The position numbers and the translations under genes are program-made. From IMG/VR virus record IMGVR_UViG_2681813556_000004, positions 19,783 through 83,782 of that record: DNA of 64,000 nt. One strand, given 5' to 3'. Positions 8,579 through 17,300 of this stretch are shown here, in pieces. Positions within the stretch are counted from its first letter, which is position 1; every line of letters begins with the position of its first letter. This stretch comes from a virus. Lineage: Duplodnaviria > Caudoviricetes. The notes below the pieces were generated by a model. It did no database searches. It was not told the DNA's origin and worked only from the letters and a program-made list of their open reading frames with translations.

Positions 8579-9127
8579 ATGTATTTGATCGTTGTAATTT
8601 TGAATGTGGCGGTCTTGATCCTTGCCCTGCTTGGCCTCTCCGCGCGCAGAGGGAGAAGTAAGATATATTTGGCGCAGTTGGACCTAATATCCTATATACT
8701 CACATCTGCAACAGTTTTAATGCTTGTTATGGCGACACAAGGACAGATTAACCAAATCTTCATTGATGCGACTGGCAAAGACAAGGACTTATTTTATTCA
8801 CGCGCTGAGCTTTATCTGTTCTTGGAAGAAGGATGTGGCCGCGAGCCCGAGTGTGCCGCAGTGAAACGTGAAATAGTAGCCATTGCTAACCCTAGGGGTA
8901 TTTCCAAGTCACCATCGCGGGTTAATTCAGATGTGAGTCGCATTCCTGAACTCGCCGCACGCGTTGCGCATTACAATTCCGCGTTCGATCAGAGGAATGC
9001 GCGGGCAAATATTCTATTCTTTAGTCTTGCATTCTGGATTTCATCCGCTGCGCTCTGCGGTGTGGTAATTGGGATATGGCGACGTACTCTTGTGTTAAGA
9101 GAGGCTATTGCAGATCAAAAGACTTAA
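8579..9127 (+). CDS. Membrane protein with ~3 TM segments (cargo)
   Basis: Two N-terminal and one C-terminal hydrophobic stretches; GGAG RBS before ATG 8579; low GC. Confidence 0.7.
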   Translation: MYLIVVILNVAVLILALLGLSARRGRSKIYLAQLDLISYILTSATVLMLVMATQGQINQIFIDATGKDKDLFYSRAELYLFLEEGCGREPECAAVKREIVAIANPRGISKSPSRVNSDVSRIPELAARVAHYNSAFDQRNARANILFFSLAFWISSAALCGVVIGIWRRTLVLREAIADQKT

Positions 9128-9702
9128 GCGCCAGGTGGCAACAACAAAACAGCATATTCTACGATGCCCGCATAATCACCTTGCCAGCGGATCACAGAGT
9201 TCTGATGGCCGGTCGCACTCTGGCCCTGACGGCTCCTCTGCCGGAACTGCTAGCAGTAGCTCCATCTCCATCGCTAGCATGTCGGCCGGGTTCTGCTGCG
9301 TGCCCGATGAACGGGGGCTTTGGGGCGCGTGACGAAGAAGCATCTTGACAGTGCGACAGTAGGCTTCGGGCTGCCTATGTCTATGGGCCCAGACCAGTAC
9401 AAAGTGCGGTTTCCGGGCTTTCGCCACATCTGCGAGAGGCTCCTGTCAGATAGGAATAAGCGGCCATTCACGGCCCTGTCACGAGAACACCGATGCCGCA
9501 AAGGCCATTAAGGCTAGCTTGTCGTGCCTAAGTCCTACTGATTACGCTTGTAGGGAGTGAGGGTGAAGCCCTAAGCTCAATTTTAGGGTATGATGTCGTG
9601 GGGGCAGAATAGTCCGTTTGCGGCAATAGCAAGAGGTTGTACGGTAGAATTTGGGTTGCATCATGCCTTCAGAAGCAATCCGCAAACTTTGAGGATTTTG
9701 AC

Positions 9703-10497
9703 TTGGTAATACTAGAGTGGACTAAACCCGGAATATGGATTGAGGGCATAGACAAAGATGCGGCATGGCGAATCAGCAGGCAAATAGAATGTCTGGAGGG
9801 CGCAATCTTAGAGGCAATTGTAACGCTCAATATGTTCGATCAAGTTCAAGCTTCTAGGCAGAATATGGAGCGCGATAGGGGCGAGTTTGAGGCTCGCAGA
9901 AAAATATCCCGCGAAGTAGAAGCGGAATTATTTCCCGACGGCATGATGCCAACGGGAATGCCGAATGAGGATTTTGGAGAAGAGTTCGACAAAAGAAGAC
10001 TTCTTGTGGATGCTAAGGTTCGCCACCAGATGTGGCAGCGCGGATTTTTGCCTCAGAGCCTTCTGAGCAAGCCGCCGTTTATCTTTGCGAAAGCGTTCAT
10101 TCACGCATTGGATTTGTTTGACAAGTTTCTTGAAGACATAGCGAAGGATCTAGACGCGCCAAATAGCATAAAAGACATTCACAGGAGTTTCCGCGTTTCT
10201 CTTCCTGATTTGCGAGGGATTCGCAACTCAATTCAACATTCCGAAGACCGATCCAAGGGTGAACACTATGGAAAGAAGATAAATCTGAAGAGGGTCGATA
10301 AGTCCAAAATCGGCATTGAAGGCACTGCTCTCGTAAATATGGCCTTGAATGGGAATAAATTTGGCACGACGATGTCTGATGGCCACTACGGTGCAGTAGA
10401 CGTGTCAGTGCAAACTATCGACGTCCTGCGCAACACACTACTCGAGGTCTACTCGGCTTTCGAATGGAAAGGTGGGGAAAGGCTCTATCCTAGTTAA
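9703..10497 (+). CDS. HEPN-motif protein, putative RNase
   Basis: Helical protein with LRGIRNSIQH (RxxxxH) at 10222-10239; TTG start with GAGG RBS preferred over 9637. Confidence 0.6.
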   Translation: MVILEWTKPGIWIEGIDKDAAWRISRQIECLEGAILEAIVTLNMFDQVQASRQNMERDRGEFEARRKISREVEAELFPDGMMPTGMPNEDFGEEFDKRRLLVDAKVRHQMWQRGFLPQSLLSKPPFIFAKAFIHALDLFDKFLEDIAKDLDAPNSIKDIHRSFRVSLPDLRGIRNSIQHSEDRSKGEHYGKKINLKRVDKSKIGIEGTALVNMALNGNKFGTTMSDGHYGAVDVSVQTIDVLRNTLLEVYSAFEWKGGERLYPS

Positions 10498-10841
10498 GTG
10501 GCAGCCTCAAATGGGTTTCTGCCCCCTACCAGAAGCTACCTCATATTTTTAAAGGCCATACGCTCGCATACTCCTGACGTATTCCGGTCATCCGTGCGAC
10601 CACAGCGAAGTAGGGCTTTGTCCGCAGATTGTGAGTTCACTTGCAGCGAGATCTAGCAGTCGCGGCTAATAGCCGTTCCGAGGGGCCAAACCGCTGAATT
10701 TGCTCCCAAAGGTGAAAGGCTGCTTTGGGCCGAGCCCAACCTGCCAAGTTCAGCTTCCCTTTCGTCGCTTAACAGGATGATCTGCTGTCGTAGATTGGCA
10801 AGTGGTGTCTTTGGCGTGGCGGCGTCGGGCCCCGAAGGCCT

Positions 10842-11330
10842 TCAGTTGCGCAGCGTTTGCATGAAACGCTCGTGATCGGCGTCCATCTGGCGCATCCGGT
10901 CCTGTCCCCACTGCATCCGGTCCTGCCCCCATTGCTGAATCGCGCCCATACGCTCGCCATGCGTGGCACCCAGCGGGTTCACGCCGGGTGCCATGGGTTG
11001 CTGCACCATGCCCTGCACCTGCTGGTAGGTGTTGACCAACTGGCCATAGGCGTTCTGGTAGTAGGCGCAGGCTTGCTGGTTGCCCTGAACCTGGCAGTCG
11101 TAGCCAGCATTCAGCATCGCCAGGCCTTCCTGCTGGACGGCCTGATGGGCCTGGCAGGCCTGTGGATTGCCCATCTGGCAGTAGGTGCCATAGACCATGG
11201 CGAGTTCGCTCAGCGCCTGAACGACCTGCGGGTCGGCGGTCTGGCGCCAGTGGTCGGCTGACACCTGACCAGAGGTGGTCGCGGAGAGCAAAATCGCAAC
11301 GAAGGCGGCCCGCGCCGGAAACATGGACAT
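10842..11330 (-). CDS. Secreted Gln-rich protein with internal repeats
   Basis: Signal peptide; CQxGNxQAC-like motif twice; QWGQDRM twice. Confidence 0.75.
   Translation of the reverse strand: MSMFPARAAFVAILLSATTSGQVSADHWRQTADPQVVQALSELAMVYGTYCQMGNPQACQAHQAVQQEGLAMLNAGYDCQVQGNQQACAYYQNAYGQLVNTYQQVQGMVQQPMAPGVNPLGATHGERMGAIQQWGQDRMQWGQDRMRQMDADHERFMQTLRN
10892..10933. repeat. 21-bp tandem duplication within CDS
   Basis: GCATCCGGTCCTGTCCCCACT / GCATCCGGTCCTGCCCCCATT. Confidence 0.8.
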
Positions 11331-11454
11331 GTTGGGATCCCTTTCCTGAAATCGGCTGACGCAGAAGTTCGCGCCAACAGGCTACGACCGCGCAGATGAT
11401 TCTGGAAAGCCCGATCTTGGAGGGGGTGGGACGACCGACCGGACCAGCTATCAG

Positions 11455-11679
11455 CTAGCAACGCCCGCCATTCCGCAGTGCTAGGCTGACCAAGGTTGCG
11501 AGCCGCTTTGTCACTTGATCTGCATCTTTCGCGGCGGCTTCGAAGCCTGAAGCCAGTTCCTCGCGGCCTGCCGGGCTGCTGACGATTCCCTCTGCCATCC
11601 CGAGGATCATTGCCACGGCCGCGTTCCGCGTATCGACGAGCTCGCGCTCCAGTCGAATAAGTTCTTCTTCCTTCGCCAT
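11455..11679 (-). CDS. Small helical hypothetical protein
   Basis: GGAGG RBS then MAKEEELIRLERELVD...; 74 aa. Confidence 0.7.
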   Translation of the reverse strand: MAKEEELIRLERELVDTRNAAVAMILGMAEGIVSSPAGREELASGFEAAAKDADQVTKRLATLVSLALRNGGRC

Positions 11680-11732
11680 ATCGAACCTCCTGCGGGCAAC
11701 TTGTGTCCGCAGGAGAGATTCGGCAAGTGGGG

Positions 11733-12059
11733 TCAGCGGCATCCCTTTCTCTGGCGCTCGCTGTCAATTTCCTGAATGTGTCCTTTCGCAACCGCGATTG
11801 CTGCCTCTTTGTCGTTGCCGGACATGCTCGAAAGCGGCAGGCCAAGCAAGAAGACGCCAAGTGCATCGCCGTTTTGCGCGGACTTCTGTTCAGCGCTCAG
11901 ATTGGTAAGATCGTGGCTGATTTTCAGTCGCTGCTGGGCGAGCTGGGCGCAGCTTTGTCCCCGGTAGATGCCGGAACCAATATCTACGGCTGCGATTTGA
12001 TCCGGTGATTTTGCGCACGCTGATGCGAGCAATGCGGCAATGATTACAATCTTCTTCAC
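11733..12059 (-). CDS. Lipoprotein (cargo)
   Basis: GTG start, MKKIVIIAALLASAC lipobox, internal hydrophobic segment. Confidence 0.75.
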   Translation of the reverse strand: MKKIVIIAALLASACAKSPDQIAAVDIGSGIYRGQSCAQLAQQRLKISHDLTNLSAEQKSAQNGDALGVFLLGLPLSSMSGNDKEAAIAVAKGHIQEIDSERQRKGCR

Positions 12060-12217
12060 GTTCAACTCCAAGTTGGCAGAGACAAGAGTTCACGCATTCG
12101 TGAGTTTGTAAAGATCAAGATTTCACCACGCATGAGAAAGCGGCGACGCGCAGTCCAGAGGCATGTGGATGAGAGGAACGGCTCCGAATCCAGCCGCCGG
12201 TGCGAGCCAGCAGCAAT

Positions 12218-12466
12218 CTAGTGGCTACCGACTTGCACCCACCCTGCCAGCCCGGCCTGACGGCTGCCACAGGCGCGCAAGGCTGCTCGGTCGCGGCCCC
12301 AGAACACCTCCACCTCCTGATCGGTCAAGCTGCGCTCTGGCAGTGCCACCGGCACGGCACAGGGCAGGATCAGGCTGGGCGGCGGGGCGTGCCGCGGGGC
12401 ATCAGTAGCGGTTGAGCCGCAGGACGCGACCAGCAGGCAGGCCGCAGCCAGTTGCAGGGTCCGCAT
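12218..12466 (-). CDS. o-spanin (Rz1-like lipoprotein)
   Basis: Lipobox LVASC, Pro-rich, LPxxxL...WGRDRAALRAC; overlaps the 3' end of the i-spanin. Confidence 0.85.
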   Translation of the reverse strand: MRTLQLAAACLLVASCGSTATDAPRHAPPPSLILPCAVPVALPERSLTDQEVEVFWGRDRAALRACGSRQAGLAGWVQVGSH

Positions 12467-12710
12467 GGGCCATGTCCTCCAGTTGTCGTGCAAGCTCTGC
12501 CGCCTGTGCCTCGGCCATCAGCCGGTCTGCCTCGATCGCTGCCGCTGCATGGGCAGCCTCCAGGGCCTCGGCCTGCACCCTTGCAAGTGCGGCAAGATGG
12601 CGATCCTCCGCAGAGCCTGCCCCGAGGCGCCAGCCCGTGCCGAACGCGCTGACGAGGCAGGCCAACGCGGCCAGGATGAACCAGGGGTTGGGCAGCATCC
12701 GCAACATCAT
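12402..12710 (-). CDS. i-spanin (Rz-like)
   Basis: N-terminal TM then Ala/Glu-rich coiled coil; directly after the endolysin. Confidence 0.85.
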   Translation of the reverse strand: MMLRMLPNPWFILAALACLVSAFGTGWRLGAGSAEDRHLAALARVQAEALEAAHAAAAIEADRLMAEAQAAELARQLEDMAHADPATGCGLPAGRVLRLNRY

Positions 12711-13342
12711 GGCCGTCCCAGCCAGTCCGGGACGAAGAAGCCGGGACAGCCCTTCGCCGCATATTCATTGTGCCCGCTGACGCGCGTGATCCGGGTTCGG
12801 CCGGAAATGGCTGCGATCTGCTGGCGCAGCGTCACGGCCTGCTCAGGGGTGAAGTGACGTTCGAAGCTGTCCGATGCGGCGGCTTCATGTCCGCCGATCA
12901 GGCAGATGCCGATGCTGCCCTGATTGCGCTCGACCACATGCGCCCCGATCTGGGTCTCGGGCCGACCGGGCAGGATCAGACCATCGCGCCCGATGATCCA
13001 GTGATAGCCGATGTCGCGCCAACCATTGCCCTGAACATGCCAGCGGCGGATCTCTGCAACCTGTTCCAACAGGGGGCGGCCCGCCATCCAATCGGGCAAG
13101 GTTGCCGCGCAATGTACCACGATTTCCTCGACGGGATAGCGTGCTGCACCTTGATAGAGGACAGAGGCCGTTTTCGCGGCCAGGGGCGCCGGTGCAGATT
13201 GCCCGTTCTCCCGCCCCCAGGCAGCCACCGCCGACGCGGTACGATTGCCCCAGAGGCCGTCAACCGGACCGGGATCGAACCCCGCAGCAGTCAGGAGCCC
13301 CTGCAAGGCCTTGATGGCATCTTTCGTCAGAACGGCAGACAC
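12707..13342 (-). CDS. Endolysin: peptidoglycan-binding domain plus N-acetylmuramoyl-L-alanine amidase (Amidase_2, T7-like)
   Basis: LQGLL...GFDPGPVDGLWGNRT (PG_binding_1); IVVHC, DIGYHW, GAHV, SIGICLIGG, SGHNEYAAKGCP. GTG start at 13342. Confidence 0.93.
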   Translation of the reverse strand: MSAVLTKDAIKALQGLLTAAGFDPGPVDGLWGNRTASAVAAWGRENGQSAPAPLAAKTASVLYQGAARYPVEEIVVHCAATLPDWMAGRPLLEQVAEIRRWHVQGNGWRDIGYHWIIGRDGLILPGRPETQIGAHVVERNQGSIGICLIGGHEAAASDSFERHFTPEQAVTLRQQIAAISGRTRITRVSGHNEYAAKGCPGFFVPDWLGRP

Positions 13343-13458
13343 AGTTTCACCCCCAGATAGATTGCGATGACAGCCCCGGCAAAAATCCAGGCCCGCGCTT
13401 CCTCGCGCAGGGCGCATTGGATCGGGCTGGATGGCTTACGCTCCACGGTCTTGCCCAT
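13327..13458 (-). CDS. 43-aa single-TM protein between holin and endolysin (not in ORF track)
   Basis: GGAGG-N5-ATG; MGKTVERKPSSPIQCALREEARAWIFAGAVIAIYLGVKLCLPF; overlaps both neighbours. Confidence 0.65.
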   Translation of the reverse strand: MGKTVERKPSSPIQCALREEARAWIFAGAVIAIYLGVKLCLPF

Positions 13459-13828
13459 CCCCACCTCCCGATGTGTGCTGGCGCCCCCGCGCCTCGATGA
13501 CGGCAATGACGATCTTTGCGCCGCTGATCCCCATCATCCCTGCGATGAATCCGGCCATGGCCTGGGAGTCGCCACTCTCCGGCGACACGCCGGGCAAGAG
13601 CCCGATAGCCGCCAGAACCAGCGGCCAGAGGTAGCTGCCCACCAGAATGCCGGTGAAGACGGACAGGATGCCTTCGCGGATCCGCTTGCGTTCCGAGGCC
13701 AGCCAGCGAACGAGGCCGCCAGCCCCGGAAGCTACGACAATGCGGCCGGCCTCGCCGCTCAGCCAGGCGATGGCGCCGGCACCCAGCACCAGAAAGTCGT
13801 TCAGGACGGGGAGGAGATGATCAGGCAC
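13436..13828 (-). CDS. Holin
   Basis: 130 aa with several hydrophobic segments; upstream of endolysin and spanins. Confidence 0.75.
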   Translation of the reverse strand: MPDHLLPVLNDFLVLGAGAIAWLSGEAGRIVVASGAGGLVRWLASERKRIREGILSVFTGILVGSYLWPLVLAAIGLLPGVSPESGDSQAMAGFIAGMMGISGAKIVIAVIEARGRQHTSGGGDGQDRGA

Positions 13829-14222
13829 GGCGCAGCCCCTTTACGACTGCCCCGGCCAGAAACAGCGGCAACACATAGGGCAGTCGGCGCCGAAGGCGTC
13901 GCGGGCCGAACATGGGATGGATGTTGCAAATCCAGCCCCGACCACGCACCCACAGCGCGGCATGGGCGGTGCCACGGTCGGTCCTGCCGACCCACAGCGC
14001 CATCCGCAGCACGGCGATATTGAGGATCAATCTCCACCAGGACCGCTGGCTGAGGATCCATGCGGCTGTCAGTGCGAAATCATCGCAGTCACCGATCAGC
14101 GGCCCATCCTCTGCATCGAGGATGGTCCAGCGATCCGTGGCTTCGGCCTGATAGCGGAACCGCAGACGAAGATCGTCCAGAGGATCGACCCAATCTGCGC
14201 GGGGGGGAATATGCGACGGCAT
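13821..14222 (-). CDS. Transglutaminase-like cysteine protease (BTLCP-like)
   Basis: DRW...GDCDDFAL and GTAHAALWV resemble the GDCEDYA and HAVL motifs of BTLCP. Confidence 0.6.
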   Translation of the reverse strand: MPSHIPPRADWVDPLDDLRLRFRYQAEATDRWTILDAEDGPLIGDCDDFALTAAWILSQRSWWRLILNIAVLRMALWVGRTDRGTAHAALWVRGRGWICNIHPMFGPRRLRRRLPYVLPLFLAGAVVKGLRRA

Positions 14223-14260
14223 TCGGACTCCTGCGTGTCATGCCCGAAGGCACGTCCCGC

Positions 14261-14273
14261 GCACGTCCTATGC
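14261..14273 (-). promoter_or_regulatory. Conserved late-leader motif GCATAGGACGTGC (copy upstream of protease/lysis genes)
   Basis: 13/13 identical to 46284-46296; folds as GCAU-AGGAC-GUGC. Confidence 0.7.
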
Positions 14274-14312
14274 GTCGATTGACCCACACATACCAAATCT
14301 GGATGCGGCCCG

Positions 14313-17300
14313 CTAGTTGAAGATTGCCGGTGCCCTTTCGCTCCTGATCCGGTCGTTCAGCTTCGGGTTCAGCGAGACGCCGAACTCGTTGCGCTCGCTG
14401 GCCCGGATGCGCCCCAGCATCGACTGCCGCAGGGTGTCCGATGTGATCGGATATTCGGGGTAGCGCATGTTGAAGTCGCGGATTGCGTCGATCACGCCTT
14501 CCGGGATCGGCTGGCCCGACCGAAGGGCATCGCCTGCCTCACGGTGCAAGGATTTGCGCTCATCGGTGATGCGGCGCTCGACATTCCTCAGCCGGTTGTT
14601 GATCCGATACCGCTCGGCCAGTTGCGCGGGTGTGAAGCCGCTGGCCTGCATGATCGCCTGATACGGGCTGACATCCTCGATCAGCGGATCGCCGTTGCGA
14701 GTGATTGCACCCTCGGTGCTGAACCTGCCAGCCTTCATCAGGTCGCGCACGGCCTTGGGCACTGCCGCCTCGATCCCGCGCCACCAGTCCCCATCTCCGA
14801 TGTAGTCGAGCCCTCGATAGAACCCCAGGGGAATGCCCGCGACCGGCCCAAGCAGTTCGCGCATATGGGCGTCGTAGAGATCCTGCCCCTCCAGATCGCG
14901 GTCATCCCCGCGGAACCACAGGTTTGGCATCCCGACACGCTCCGTCAGATCGGCGCCCAGAACCCGGCCAGGTACGCCGCTCATGGCCATGCCCATGGCA
15001 TAGTTCCAGGCCGCCACGCCGGGGGTGTCGCCCTCCATCAGCAAGGCATCCTGCAACCATTCCTCGGCATCGTCGCCCCCACCGGGGAAGAAGGCGCCAA
15101 GAAGCATCATCAGCAGGCCATAGCCCCATGTGCCGCGAATACCGGCATGGGCCATCATGGATAGGGTGATGCCGATCAACTGCGACCGGGCTTCTGCGCG
15201 TTCCTGCTTGCTGGCCCCGTGCAGTGATTGATGGGTATCGCGGAACAGCCGCCACAGCATGTTGACCACGAAGTTCTTCATGCTGGTCACGATGCGCGCC
15301 AGATCCCCTTGCATTGCGCGGGGACGGCTGCTGGACTGGTAGTCGAAATGCACCTCCCACGTCATGTCGGCTGCGGCATCGATCGCTGCCAGCCCGCTCA
15401 ACCCGTCCGCTTTGGCCAGCCGGTAGCCCGCAAGGAATGTCACCTCCCGGTTCAGGCGTTCGGCATGGTGGAACATCCAGCCGATCTTGCGCATGACGCG
15501 CTCACGCACCGCACTGTATTCCACGCCGGTTTCGGCCACGGCAGCAAGATCATGCGCCTGGGTCTTGTCGATGGTGCCCCGGCGATAGGCCTCGTTCAGC
15601 GCATCGCGTTCGTCTTGTGCCAGTCCTTCGGCATTGGCCGCGCTCCATGTCTCGCGCCAGTTGGCGCCGCGACCCTTGGAAAAGTCGCGCAATGCCCGCG
15701 CCAGTTCCGCTGATACGCCAGAGACGCCCGCCTTCCTGAACCGTGTCGCCATCAACGGGATGCCCACCACGGTCGTTTGCGTCAGGTTGGCGACCGCCGC
15801 CGCCGGTGTTGCGCCAAGATACCAGATGAAGGCGAGGTTGGTCAGGCCAGCCGCCCAGGCACTGGTCAGGGGCTCCATGGTGAAGTCGTGGCGGCGTTGC
15901 ATTTCCCGCACAACTGCCCCCATCCGGTTCGGATTGTCCGATTTGCGCGCCTCAAGCTCGGCCTCGTCCATGTGATCTTCCAGCAGGATGCCGTATTTGA
16001 GACGGGCAAGCTGGTGCGCGCCATGGAACATGTGCTTGCCAAAGGCGCGATAGGCATCGCGGTTATAGCCAGCACGCCCCTTGCGATGGACCTTCGAGGT
16101 GCGGATCGAGCTATCCGGCAAGGTTTCCAACCACCGCTGCCAGACCGCATCCATCACTTCGAAATTGGCCCCGGACTCGGCCAGCACCTTTTCCACATCG
16201 GCAACGAAGGTGGGATCGACCTGTGACCGTAGCGCGCCCTTGTTCGAGACCAGACCATGCTGGACGCGACCGGGATGCAGTGCCTCCTGTTCACGAACGA
16301 ACGCCTGCTGCTGGCTCTCGCGCTCGAAGCGGGAGAAGGACATCACCTCGCCTTGCTCGTTGCGCACGGTGACAAAGTAGTCACCAAAGCGCGCCAAGGG
16401 CACATAAGGCCCCTTCATCCGGTTCTGTTCGAACATCTTGCGCAGGGCCGTCAGGCGTGCCCGCGCCGCAAATCCACCGCGCGCCTTCACCGCATCCAGC
16501 TTTGCCTGTGCCTCTGCCAGCGCATCGGTTTTTTCCTGCCCGGTCAGACCCTCATCCTGAATCCGCCGGGCTTCCTTGTGGAAGGCGCGCTCGGCGCGCT
16601 TCAACCCGATCCGCGTTGCGTTTTGCAGGTTCTCCATCACCGCCTTGTCGAAGTCGTCCGCAATGGCGGTGTATTCGGCCAGCACCTTGCCATACATCGC
16701 CTTGAATGGCTCGGGCAGCGCATCATAGGCCCGCTTCAACTCCATGTGGGCCTCGGCTTTGCGGGCCGCGGCCTCCAGCGTGGCGCGTGCCCATGCCTCG
16801 GCACTGTCCCCGCGCCGGGACAGTTCCTCGCGCGCCCGTTGCAGCCAGACATGATCGGAGGGCAAAGGCTTGGAGGGATCGACCCCGGCCAGCGTGGCGC
16901 GGTGCATGAGGTCCATCATGTCGTCATTCGCCCTCGGGTCTTTGCGCCGCAGATCCAGCCATTCCTGCGCCACGGCATCCGCTCGGCCATGCCAGGCATT
17001 GCGCAAGGCATCCATTTCCTCCTTGGTCCGCAGATAGGCCCGCGCCGACACCAATCGCTTGCCAAGCTCCATGAACAGCGGGCGGCCCGGTACCAGCGAG
17101 AGCAGGTTGTATTCGCCATCGCGCCCCTTGCCGACCATGGCGTCGGTCAGGATCGAGGACACGAAGGCACCGGGTTCCTTCCAGTGGTGACTGCCAATCA
17201 GGCCCTTGGCCTTCGCTCCGCTGCGCATCAGGGCATCGCGCATTTCGCGGTCATCCATCCGCCCGGCACCCGGCCCATCCGGCCCGCGCCCGCCGACTGT

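Noticed and set aside
7100-10740. Short GGC(T)TCGGGC/CTTTGGGCCG-like motifs in cargo spacers, suggesting integron- or REP-like cassette boundaries
   Set aside because: Too degenerate to align by eye; no attC-like structure or integron integrase seen. A motif-discovery run would be needed.
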